Assembly: GCA_964016885.1 (NCBI GenBank)
Contig: OZ024742.1
Location: 277,016,001-277,080,000 of the forward strand
DNA from: Eledone cirrhosa
Lineage: Eukaryota
Direction of reading: 5' to 3'
Length of the DNA stretch: 64,000 nt
Below, one piece after another: positions 39,939-52,419 of the stretch. The translations under genes and the position numbers were made by a program. Each line of letters starts with the position of its first letter. Within the stretch, counting starts at the first letter, position 1. The notes beneath the pieces are model-generated. The model searched no databases. It saw only the letters and a program-made list of their open reading frames with translations, and was not told where the DNA came from.

Positions 39939-40093
39939 TTCATTATTTCTGAAGACGGCGTATATATGAGTTAGGTATGTATATTTAATCTTGATAATTT
40001 GTATAATTTTGTATAATTTTGTACATAGATCTGTTAAATATGCATACCAATTATAACACATATATGCCCTAGAAACGATCGTTAAATAGTGAA
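39939..40093 (+). ncRNA. Inverted copy of the long-stem-II hammerhead
   Basis: CTGAAGA 39949-39955, GAAA 40072-40075, palindrome ACGATCGT. Confidence 0.7.
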
Positions 40094-40147
40094 CTTTTTT
40101 TGTTTAATATAAGGAATTGTTTGTTCATTATTTGTTTAATATTTTAT

Positions 40148-40752
<605 letters not shown>

Positions 40753-41634
40753 TGCTACCTAGGTGACCGAATTAGCAACGGAGGTGGGTGTTCAGAAAGT
40801 ACAATAACTAGGGTAAGAACGGGATGGAAGAAGTTTAGGGAACTACTACCACTGCTAGCTGCAAAAGGCTTCTTCCTCAGAATGAAAGGCAGACTGTATG
40901 ATGCGTGTATCCGAACAGCGATGTTGCATGGTAGTGAGACCTGGGCACTGAAGGTGGAAGACTTACGTAGATTAGAGAGAAACGAAGCCTGCATGCTCCG
41001 ATGGATGTGTAACAGTAATATACGTGAACGACAAAGCATAAATGAATTGAGAGAGAGACTGAGCATAAGAGGAATCAAATGCTATGTGCAGGAGAGGCGG
41101 TTGCGCTGGTATGGACATGTGATGCGTATGAAGGATGACAGCTGCATAAAAAGGTGCAGAGCACTAGAAGTTGATGGAAACCGCGGAGTGGGGAGACCCA
41201 AGATGACCTGGGATGAGGTGATAAAACCCGACCTTACCCAATTATACCTCTCAAAGACAATGACACACGACCGTGACTTCTGGCGTCACACAGTAATACA
41301 GAGTACCCGAGCTCCCATGGGTACATGCTGAAGCATATAAACAATATGCCCCCACACCCCCCACCGCAAGGTGGTCGTGGAGGTGCCACGGCAAAAAAGC
41401 ACCCAGCCCACACTGTAAAGTGGACGTGTAGGCGCCACAAAAAAGCACCCAGCACTCACTGTAAATGAGGTTGGTGTTAGGAAGGGCATCCAGCTGTAGA
41501 AATCAAGCCAAAATCAGTTCCTGTATGAGCAAGGCATGGTCAGCCGACCAGACACTGCCCACAACAGGGCAACCCGTCTAACCCATGCTAGCGTGGAAGA
41601 ACGGACGTAAAACGGTGATGATGATGATGATGAT
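40753..41634 (+). mobile_element. RTE subfamily B, 5'-truncated
   Basis: [26 protein letters not shown]; distinct 3' UTR; (GAT)n tail. Confidence 0.88.
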
Positions 41635-41644
41635 ATATATATAC

Positions 41645-41691
<47 letters not shown>

Positions 41692-41692
41692 C

Positions 41693-41743
<51 letters not shown>

Positions 41744-41744
41744 C

Positions 41745-41791
<47 letters not shown>

Positions 41792-41832
41792 CATATATAT
41801 ACATATATATATATATACATATATATATATAC

Positions 41833-41863
<31 letters not shown>

Positions 41864-41878
41864 CATATATATATATAC

Positions 41879-41941
<63 letters not shown>

Positions 41942-41956
41942 CATATATATATATAC

Positions 41957-42017
<61 letters not shown>

Positions 42018-42322
42018 TATATACATATATAAGAGAGAACAAGAGAGAGAAAAAAGAAAAAAGAGAGAGAGAAAAGAGACAGAGAAGAGAAAGCGAAAGC
42101 TCTAAAGCTTTCGCTTTCTCTTCTCTTTCCTCTCTCTCTTTTTTTCTTTTTTCTCTCTCTTGTTCTTCTCTCTCTCTCTCTCTTTCTCTGTAACCCAACG
42201 GCTTATTTAAAAATATCCAGTATAAATAAATTTATAACCCCACTATCCGGGAGCTTCCAACAGTAATGGTTGCATTCTTTAAGGGTATGTCAATATTTAT
42301 TTATAAAACTGCTCTATATTAT

Positions 42323-42385
42323 ATTTTATCTGATGAAAGCACACCATAATTTAACTTGGTGTCCTTGAAATATGTATAATGAAAT
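42323..42385 (+). ncRNA. Type I minimal hammerhead motif
   Basis: attttat-CTGATGA-aagcacacca(taatttaact)tggtgtcctt-GAAA-tatgta-TA-atgaaat. Confidence 0.7.
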
Positions 42386-42520
42386 AAATATAGTTTTATA
42401 AATATAGTTTCCATTTGTTAATATCGTATTTTTACTCCAATTATTTGTTGAGTGCTTTATATCAGTTATAAAAATATTTGCTTGTTGTATCCCAACAATT
42501 TAAATAGAACTTTTCCATAT

Positions 42521-43031
42521 ATATCATCATCAACGTTTAACGTCCGTGTTCCACGCTTGCATGGGTTTGGACGGGGGTATTCCCGCTTGAGGCAAGAGTG
42601 ATTGTCTTGCTCGCATAGGACTGTCTGGCAGGTTTTCTACGGTTGGATGCCCTTCCTAACACCAACCACATTTACAGTGTGGGACTGGGAGGTTTTTACC
42701 GTGTTGCCTACACGGCCACATTACAGCATGGACTGTGTGTTTTTTTTGTCGTGACACCTACACGATCTCATTTGTTTCGGCCTGGATGTTGTGGCGCCAA
42801 CATAACTTTACATAGGAGGGGGTGGTGGGACGGGGGTGTATTTTGTTAGAGATGCCTACTGGCTGTAGTAGGTTTTACTATGTATTTAGGTAAGGCGGGT
42901 CTTCTCTATTACTGAGTACCGCCAAAGGTCTCGGTCCAGTGACATTGTCTTGGAGAGGTGTATATACATATATATATACATATATATACATATATACATA
43001 TACATATATATACATATATACACATATATAC

Positions 43032-43070
<39 letters not shown>

Positions 43071-43912
43071 TATCATCATCATCATTTAACGTCCATGTTC
43101 CACGCTTGCATGGGTTTGGACGGGAGTTTTCCCACTTGAGGCAAGAGTGGTTGTCTTGCTCGCATAGGACTGTCTGGCGGGTTTTCTACAGCTGGATGCC
43201 CTTCCTAACACCAACCACATTTACAGTGTGGGACTGGGAGGTTTTTACCGTGTTGCCTACACGGCCACATTACAGCGTGGACTGTGTGTATTTTGTCGTG
43301 ACACCTACACGATCTCATTTGTTTCGGCCTGGATGTTGTGGCACCAACGTAACTTTACATTGAAAGGGACGGTGTGGATGTGGTGGGGGTGGTGTGACGG
43401 GGGCGTATTTTGTTAGAGATGCCTACTGACTGTAGTAGGTTTACTTTGTATTTAGGCAAGGCGGGTCTTCTCTATTACTGAGTGCCGCCAAAGATCTCGG
43501 TCCAGTGACATTGTCTTGGAGAGGGGTAAGTGTGTGAGGTCGGAATTTATCAGCTCGTCCCAGGTTTTCCTGGGTCTGCCTACTCCGTGGGTACCATCTA
43601 TCTTTATTGCCCTGCACTTTTTTATACAGCTGTCGTCTTTCATGCGCATCACATGACCATACCAACGTAGCCTTCTCTCGAGTAAACAACATCTGATCCC
43701 TCTTATTTCTAATTTTTCCCTTAGTTCGTTTATGCTTTGCCGTTCACGTATATTACTATTACACATTCAGCGGAGCACGCAAGCTTCGTTCCTCTCTAGT
43801 CTGCGTATATCCTCTGCACACATATACATATATATATATATCATCATCATCATTTAACGTCCATCTTCCACGCTTGCATGGGTTTGGACGGGAGTTTTCC
43901 CACTTGAGGCAA
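42521..43912 (-). mobile_element. Three stacked 5'-truncated RTE-A copies (42521-42960, 43072-43820, 43840-43912)
   Basis: Each has a (CAT)n tail and 3' UTR, separated by (TA)n. Confidence 0.88.
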
Positions 43913-43913
43913 C

Positions 43914-43954
<41 letters not shown>

Positions 43955-44202
43955 TGTATATACATATATATACATATATATACATATATATATATATACA
44001 TATATATATATACATATGAATAAAGTTAGTCCTTCATCAGTGATCTTCCAACCATCATTGGTATTTCATCGCTTTAAAGACCATATACCTCCAGTTGTAC
44101 ACACACACACTTGTCTTAATAGGCATTTGAACTGTCAACAGGCTGCGGTTCGCACACACATCCCTGCTGACCACTATCACAACAACGAACACTTTACTAC
44201 TA

Positions 44203-44244
<42 letters not shown>

Positions 44245-44492
44245 TTGTTGTGAAAGAGTCATTTCTCAGTCAGCCGACACAAACCTACATTTGGCGCAAA
44301 ATCAATTTTTTACATTCACATGACCTCTACCGACCAATCAAAATTGTTTTGACCACAAGAATTTTTGCAACACGAATTGGCGCAAAACTTATTTTAATAC
44401 CGCTGGAGCCACTTTTTAAACATAAAAACAGGTAGAATTCCCAAAACTAATCAGATCAGAGCAAACATCACGGGCGCTCTATCTCAAAATTA

Positions 44493-44528
44493 TTTTTGAA
44501 AAGCATTAGAAATGCGCAACCGGTAAAA
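44493..44528 (+). ncRNA. Variant-core hammerhead-like motif (U3-A8, A13C)
   Basis: ttt-TTGAAAA-GCATT(aga)AATGC-GCAA-CCGG-TA-aaa; also at 17097-17132(-), 20514-20549 and 49313-49348. Confidence 0.5.
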
Positions 44529-44707
44529 CTTAAAACCAAAACTGAATACTAACCAATACAATTACTAATTCTCGCTTATTCCTAATTAAACTATTTTTCA
44601 CTGTGAACAATTTGTCAGCATTTTCTATTCCGTTTACCAATATATAATAACTTGTGTGTTACACCTCTATTCTTTCAAATATCATATCCTCACACGAGAT
44701 ACAGAAA

Positions 44708-46004
44708 ATGCCAACAAAAACGGATACAACCCTCATCAACACAAATGAAGAGATTCTACAGGAACTCAAGAAAATTAACACCAACCTATCTTTGCTGGTC
44801 GACAAACTTGACTCCACAAATAAGGAAACCGCCACCGGATACAAACCCTCCAAAATCGGCAATAAACTCCAAAACCTTTGCGATACTATCCAAACTATGT
44901 TCACTACTACCAACCCAGGAAAAACCAACGAAGAACCATGTGAGATTGATTCATACAAAATGAAAATTCGAACAATTCCAAAATGGAACAAATCCCTCAG
45001 AGACAGAAAGTTCTCATTCTGGAAGATGATACAAAATCACAACAAAGCGAAGATATATGAAAAATGGCTTAACTCAACCCCTCTAACTCTCCCCCGTAAA
45101 ATACAAATAAAGTCCATTCCAAATGAACCCGAACCTCAAAGACACCTTAGGGAAAGAATGGCATTGGAAAAAATGAAGATAGAAATTGAACTTCTTAAAC
45201 CAGACAAATGAGGAAAAAATCAAAACCATCGATGAAGAGATCCTCCTGGAAATCAACAATAAAACTGAAGGCCCCAAGGTAGAGAAGATCTCCAAATTAT
45301 GGAAAGGGGACTGCAACAGAGAAGAACTGAAATCCCTTCAACGCTGGGGAAAAAAGTGCCGCTTGGTTCCTACACTATGAATCGACTTTTCAAACACCTC
45401 CAATAACCCGTTCATAAAAAATAGGAAAACCCATAACTGAACCGCACAACAACTTCGCAAACCCCCAAGCCACTAACAAACGAAGAAGGAAGCACCACAC
45501 CGAAGATGAACGTCTCAACCTCGCTACCATAAGAAGGAACAAAAACCCTAGAAATCATCTCCCCCAGAATGACATTTACAACTTTCCCCCTTCAAGGAGA
45601 CACCATACCAAATCACTCAACTACTACGCGGATGCCTCATCGTCAAACATAGGGAAAAGATACCACCACCATGATAGATGTAACAACTTCCCCGCTTCAA
45701 GGGGACAGCAAGGTAATTTCCATTTTCTCAACTCTCGCTTCCACAATACACAACAAACCCACACCACACAATACAACCAACAACGTAGGCCACCTATAAC
45801 ACCACAATCCAACATGGCACATAGAAACACACACCCATACTCGCAGTACAGGAACACCCATTCAATCTACAACCACCAACCCGAACCACATTTTACAACA
45901 ACAAGGAATATAACAAACACAGGAGACCACTTAACATTAGCAGACAACCCCTCTACCCCAACCATTTTTTAGACACAGCACACAGATACAGGCAAACAAA
46001 ATAA
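44708..46004 (+). pseudogene. Frameshifted upstream ORF (ORF1-like) of the Neptune element
   Basis: ATG 44708 MPTKTDTT...; coiled-coil-like N-terminus and N/H/Q/R-rich C-terminus in shifting frames. Confidence 0.55.
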
Positions 46005-48285
46005 CACAAGACAGGGAGGAGAAACCGATAGTAATAAAAATTATCAATCTTACTAGTGCAGAACCAACACCCAACCTTATCAACTTACTCTCCAAAGGTC
46101 TTAAATTCACACCGACCCCACTACGTCCTAACTACTATGAAATGAAGGAAGACATCACAGACTTCTGTAGAAAGTTACGACTCAGTGAACAACTATTTGA
46201 CCAGTACAATGAGGATGAATCATTAGCCAGAAATAGAAGCAATTACACCCCATCAAAAGGTAGAAATAAAATCCTGAACGAATTCTGTGAACACATCACA
46301 AACTTCCCTTACCAACACTTGCACAGACAAAAACACAAGCCAAACCTCAACAAGAAAGAATGGGAAGAATTAAATAGATTCAAAAACCGACAGAACCATT
46401 ACAATTAAAGAGGCTGATAAAGGGAGTACAGTAGTCCTAATGGAGACAGAATTCTATATCAACGCTCTCCACTTTGGAAAACGAAACATACTACGAAAAG
46501 ACTGAACACTACAATCAACAGAAAATTATGAGAAATCTAAAAACTCTGATCAACCAATACAAAGAAGGACTCACTAACAAGGAATTCAGCTTCATCACAG
46601 ACTTCACAAGTAAATCCAGCCTTTTCTACGGTATCCCTAAAGTACATAAAAGCGAATTAATAAGTAAGGCATGCAAGGAAGCCACAGACATAGTCACCAA
46701 TGTCCCCTCACCCAATGATCTCAAATTAAGACCTATAATAGCAGGCTCCGCTTGCGAAACCCACCGCCTTAGCAACTTCATTGATACCCTTCTCAAGCCC
46801 TTTCTCAAACACATCAAAAGCTATATAAGGGATGACCTAGATATGCTCAATCACCTCCCTAATATGCCACTTTCTGAACAAACCCTACTAGTGACGTTCG
46901 ATGTAGTCAACCTATACTCCAACATCCCCCACAACCTGGGAATAGAAGCTATCCAATTCTGGCTGGTTAATTACCTCAATGAACTCCGACAACGCATCAA
47001 AAAAGAATTTGTGATAGAGGGACTCAAATTTATCTCGGAGAACAATTACTTCGTTTTCAATAACAAACCCTACAGGCAGAAATCTGGGACCGCTATGGGA
47101 ACGAAAACAGCCCCCACTTGTGCCAACCTAGTCATGGGATACCTGGAAATAACCCTCTACACTAAAGTCCTAAACAAATTTGGAAACACTCTCCACTTAC
47201 ACATAGAAAGGAACTGGATGCGATATCTAGATGACTGCTTCATCCTTTGGCACGAAAACATCGAGAAACTTAAAGAATTTCACACCCTTATGAATGGGCT
47301 CAACACGAATATTAACTTCACGATGGAATACAGCCATCAACAACTCCCCTTCCTCGACATCCTCATTAAGATCCATAACAAAAAAATAGAAACAGACATA
47401 TACTACAAGCCCACAGACTCCAAGCAATATCTTCCTTTCAACTCTTGCCACTCTAGACACGTTAAAATTAATATTCCCTACAACTTAGCCAAGAGAATCT
47501 GTACTATAGTCTCCAATAAAAACACCTGCTACTTACGGCTACAAGAACTAAAGGACACACTCATAGGCAGGGACTACCCTGCATCACTAATTGATAATGG
47601 AAGCCAACGTGCCCTAAAACTCAGTACCCAGGACCTTAGACACCCTAAAGTAAATCAACCGAAACTAAAAGCTCTTCCATACATCTCCACACACAACCCC
47701 CTCAACAATGAGGCCTTTGACACCATGCTCCAGAACATCCCTGTGTTAAAAAAGGACCATAGAATGAACCAAATCCTACGAACACACGATATCATAAAGA
47801 GCAAAAGACAATCTAAGTCAATGAAAAACATCCTAACACATGCCAAAGTACTGCCAACCACAACAACGAAACCCACAGTAAAAAAATGCGATAGACCCAA
47901 CTGTGGCATATGCATCAACCTAATAGAGGGTTCTGAATTCTATTTCAAAGAAGGACAACGTTTTATAGTAAAACACAATTTCACATGCGCATCAGAAAAT
48001 CTAATATATGTATTAATTTGCTCAGGTTGTCAAGCACAATACATAGGCCAGACCCAAAACAGCCTCCACCAAAGCACAACTGTCCATAGATCCCAAATTA
48101 AAATCCGGGAATACAGGAAAATACCACTGAGTGAACACATTGATACCTGTGCCGCCCAAAATCATCCCAACTTCAGAATCTTTCTCCTCTACAAATTTAA
48201 AGATAATGCCACCCACACCCAGCGCATCAGCAAGGAACCTCACTTTATTAACAAATACGGACCCCGTCTAAACACTTCTCCCTAA
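45965..48285 (+). pseudogene. Neptune RT + GIY-YIG coding region; frameshifted near 46385 and ~46463, open 46474-48285
   Basis: IINLT..LLSKGLKFTPTP, IKEADKG, RYLDD, YIGQT. Confidence 0.88.
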
Positions 48286-48923
48286 GATGAACCCACAACA
48301 TACACACGTCAACATACATACCTACATCAGCATACATCCTACATACATCTCTATCCACATATAAACACAATGACATACGTAAACACACATGTTCTATGGT
48401 GCAACATAAATATACACAAATTTGCATACCTTTTGATGTCTATAGATATAAACGTGCCGACACACACATACATATACGCACACATGCATTGCACACTGAT
48501 GGGCACATACATATTTGTACACAAGTATTCCAATACGGCAAGGCCTACTGGATTCCCCTTGCAGTACGTACAATCTGGACACTCACACACACCTTGGTCT
48601 TATGCCAATACTATATATCATTTCACACCTTTTATTATTAAGGTTTTTGATGTTCTATTGAGAGAATCGTTTTTACTGAAAATATTGAATAATGTACACC
48701 ATTTTTACCAGTATCACAAAAATACTGGTTCACCCACACACACACACACATATATACACACACATATACACATGCGTATATTAACATACAAAGAGACATA
48801 TACACACACACACTTCTCCGTATAAGACAAGAGCTGAAAAATATCTTTTAACATGTTAAAATATCCCCCACACACGTACAGGCACATTCCTACTGACCGA
48901 TCCCTCTACCACAAATTACTCTG

Positions 48924-48968
<45 letters not shown>

Positions 48969-49502
48969 TATCTTAATAGGCATTTGAACTGTCAGCAGGC
49001 TGCAGTTCTTACACACATCCCTGCTGACCATTATCACAACAACGAACCTCTTTACTACTACTACTACTACACACACACATATTTGTCTTGAAAGACTTAT
49101 TTTTCAGTGACTTCTCAATCAGCCCAGACAAACCTACATTTGGTGCAAAATCAATTTTTAACATTCACATGACCTCCACCGACCAATCAAAATTGTTTTG
49201 ACCACAAGAATTTTTTCATACATCTGGAGCCACTTTTTTTACATAAAACAGGTAGAATTTCCAAAACTAATCAGATTAGAGCAAACATCACGGGCGCTCT
49301 ATCTCAAAATTATTTTTGAAAAGCATTAGAAATGCGCAACTGGTAAAACTTAAAACCAAAACTGAATACTAACCAATACTATTACTAATTCTCACTTATT
49401 CCTAATTAAACTATTTTTCACTGGGAACAATTTCTCAGCATTTTCTTTTCCTTTTATCAATATATATACATATACACATATATATATATATACATATATA
49501 TA

Positions 49503-49557
49503 CATTCTGATGAGTGAAAGCAAATTTTGTTCGCTTTCAAAAAACCACTGGTAAATG
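49503..49557 (+). ncRNA. Degenerate hammerhead motif (GAAA mutated to AAAA)
   Basis: catt-CTGATGA-g-tgaaagc...gctttca-a-AAAA-ccactgg-TA-aatg. Confidence 0.5.
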
Positions 49558-49670
49558 AAATAATTATATTATGTTGTTTATTACATAACTAATAAGCTCT
49601 GTAACCTACATAGAGCACTCTTTTTTCCTGGACCTTTCTGACGGAATTACTTCATTTATATGTGTATATA

Positions 49671-49790
<120 letters not shown>

Positions 49791-49810
49791 TATATATATA
49801 TATATATATA

Positions 49811-49866
<56 letters not shown>

Positions 49867-49890
49867 TATATATATACATATATATATATA

Positions 49891-50546
49891 TGGAAAAAAT
49901 TAGAAATAAGAGGGATGAGATGTTGTTTACTCGAGAGAAGGCTACGTTGGTATGGTCACGTGATGCGCATGAAAGACGACAGCTGTATAACAAAGTGCAG
50001 GGCAATAAAGATAGATGGTAGCCACGGAATAGGCAGACCTAGAAAAACCTGGGACGAGCTGATAAACTCCGACCTCACACACTTACACCTCTCCAAGACA
50101 ATGTCACTGGACCGAGACCTTTGGCGGTACTCAGTAACAGAGAAGACCCGCCTTACCTAAATACATAGTAAAACCTACTACAGCCAGTAGGCATCTCTAA
50201 ACCCCCCCCCCCCCCCCCCCACACCCCATCCACACCACCCCGTTCTATGTAAAGTTATGTTGGTGCCACACCATCCAGGCCGAAACAAATGAGATTGTGT
50301 AGGTGTCACGACAAAAAAAACACACAGTCCACGCTGTAATGTGGCCGTGTAGGCAACACGGTAAAAACCTCCCAGACCCACACTGTAAATGTGGTTGGTG
50401 TTAGGAAGGGCATCCAACTGTAGAAAACCTGCCAGACAGTCCTATGCGAGCAAGACAATCACTCTTGCCTCAAGTGGGACTACCCCCGTCCAAACCCATG
50501 CAAGCGTGGAACACGGACGTTAAACGTTGATGATGATGATGATGAT
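49891..50546 (+). mobile_element. RTE-A 5'-truncated copy
   Basis: RRLRWYGH...EKTRLT stop, 3' UTR, (GAT)n. Confidence 0.9.
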
Positions 50547-50588
50547 ATATATATATATATACATATATACATATATATATATACATAC

Positions 50589-50621
<33 letters not shown>

Positions 50622-50628
50622 CATACAT

Positions 50629-50813
50629 ATCATCATCATCATCACTGTTTTACATCCGCTTTTCACTGCTTACAAGGGTGGGACGGGATCTGATTCTGGC
50701 TTGATTTCTACAGCTGGATGCCCTTCCTAACACCAACCTCATTTACAGTGAGTGCTGGGTTTTTTTTTGCCGTGGCACCTCCACGTCCACTTTACAGTGG
50801 AATGATAGGGACC
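50629..50813 (-). mobile_element. 3' portion of the CORE-like SINE
   Basis: Reverse complement of the SINE tail at ~31588-31774. Confidence 0.75.
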
Positions 50814-50820
50814 TCATATA

Positions 50821-50856
<36 letters not shown>

Positions 50857-50877
50857 CACATATATATATATATACAC

Positions 50878-51002
<125 letters not shown>

Positions 51003-51009
51003 TATACAC

Positions 51010-51134
<125 letters not shown>

Positions 51135-51141
51135 TATACAC

Positions 51142-51172
<31 letters not shown>

Positions 51173-51174
<2 letters not shown>

Positions 51175-51377
51175 ACGAAGGAGTTGTGGTAAGGAACCAG
51201 ATGGACCATAACGCACCAAAGTACTCAATACTTAGGGTAGTAGAGTGGGTAATAGGAACAAGTAAGACCCCGACGGCTGAGCTCAAGCCGTTTCGACGGC
51301 TAATTCTGGACGCTAATTCAGTCCAGAATTAGCCGTCGAAACGGCTTGAGCTCAGCCGTCGGGGTCTTACTTGTTCC

Positions 51378-51380
<3 letters not shown>
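51173..51380. repeat. pLTR-like fragment with perfect ~60-bp inverted repeat and 9-nt loop
   Basis: ATAGGAACAAG...TTCTGGAC / GTCCAGAA...CTTGTTCCTAT. Confidence 0.8.
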
Positions 51381-51435
<55 letters not shown>

Positions 51436-51448
51436 CACATATATATAC

Positions 51449-51490
<42 letters not shown>

Positions 51491-51542
51491 ATATACATAT
51501 ATATATATACATATATATATATACATATTTATATATATACAC

Positions 51543-51587
<45 letters not shown>

Positions 51588-51631
51588 TATATAATATATA
51601 AGATCAAAAGATGGTTAAATGAGTTCCATGT

Positions 51632-51700
51632 ATTTTATTATGCGCATTTCAAAAACAAATATCATCATGCAATAACATTTGTGTTTTCATCAGATAAAAT
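51632..51700 (-). ncRNA. Type I hammerhead motif (inverted copy)
   Basis: Reverse complement of 51941-52009. Confidence 0.75.
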
Positions 51701-51940
51701 ATGAGGACATGATATGAAGGTTAAAAACACTTGTGGATTGTGCAGTTTTAAATCAACATATGAAAAGTAGTTTTAGATTGATGTGTGATATTGGGCAACA
51801 TTTTTTTAAATTTTTTTTAATTTTTAGTACTCCTCCCCCTCCACTTTTTACTCTCATCTCCTCCTCTTTTTCATCCCCCCCCCCCCAAAAAAAAACTGCA
51901 CAATCCACAAGTGTTTTTAACCTTCATATCATGTCCTCAT

Positions 51941-52009
51941 ATTTTATCTGATGAAAACACAAATGTTATTGCATGATGATATTTGTTTTTGAAATGCGCA
52001 TAATAAAAT
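51941..52009 (+). ncRNA. Type I minimal hammerhead motif
   Basis: attttat-CTGATGA-[~15-bp stem II]-GAAA-TGCGCA-TA-ataaaat; palindromic stem III ATGCGCAT. Confidence 0.75.
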
Positions 52010-52136
52010 ACATGGAACTCATTTAACCATCTTTTGATCTTATATATTATGTATACTCCAGTCCTACAAACTGTAGAGTGCTTCTTATCCGATATCTGCA
52101 TTGCTTTATTGTACTACAATAAAACTCACCTCCTAC

Positions 52137-52166
<30 letters not shown>

Positions 52167-52170
<4 letters not shown>

Positions 52171-52239
52171 GAAAGACGTAAAATAAGAAAATTATAGTAA
52201 GTTAATTTTTATAATTTTCTTATTTTACGTCTTTCATAT
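52167..52239. repeat. Perfect 30-bp inverted repeat
   Basis: ATATGAAAGACGTAAAATAAGAAAATTATA and its reverse complement, 13-nt spacer. Confidence 0.75.
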
Positions 52240-52350
52240 TATTGTTCTGCATCCCCTTGCATTGAACCACAAAGTTACTAAGACAAAACCTATATACTTG
52301 CTGGCATAGGTATGCATCTGTATATATATGTCAGTAGATATACTAATTCT

Positions 52351-52416
<66 letters not shown>

Positions 52417-52419
52417 CAT

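Larger units (their letters stand above)
33464..40147 (-). mobile_element. Penelope-like element, Hydra-like clade (family H2), with partially inverted upstream pLTR
   Basis: 39563-39607 directly repeats 33464-33508; 39605-40147 is the reverse complement of 33601-34143; intact ORF between them. Confidence 0.92.
44098..49465 (+). mobile_element. Full-length-like Neptune-type PLE with direct pLTRs (~44098-44645, ~48960-49465)
   Basis: Same family as 16971-20707, but retains an extra upstream coding region 44708-~46000. Confidence 0.9.
51591..52137 (+). mobile_element. ORF-less Penelope pLTR insertion with perfect 159-bp inverted repeat (51591-51749 / 51892-52050)
   Basis: Arms are exact reverse complements, each carrying a hammerhead motif. 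Confidence 0.8.

Noticed and set aside
44017-44050. Hammerhead at CTGATGA on the minus strand
   Set aside because: Truncated by (TA)n before any GAAA or stem III.
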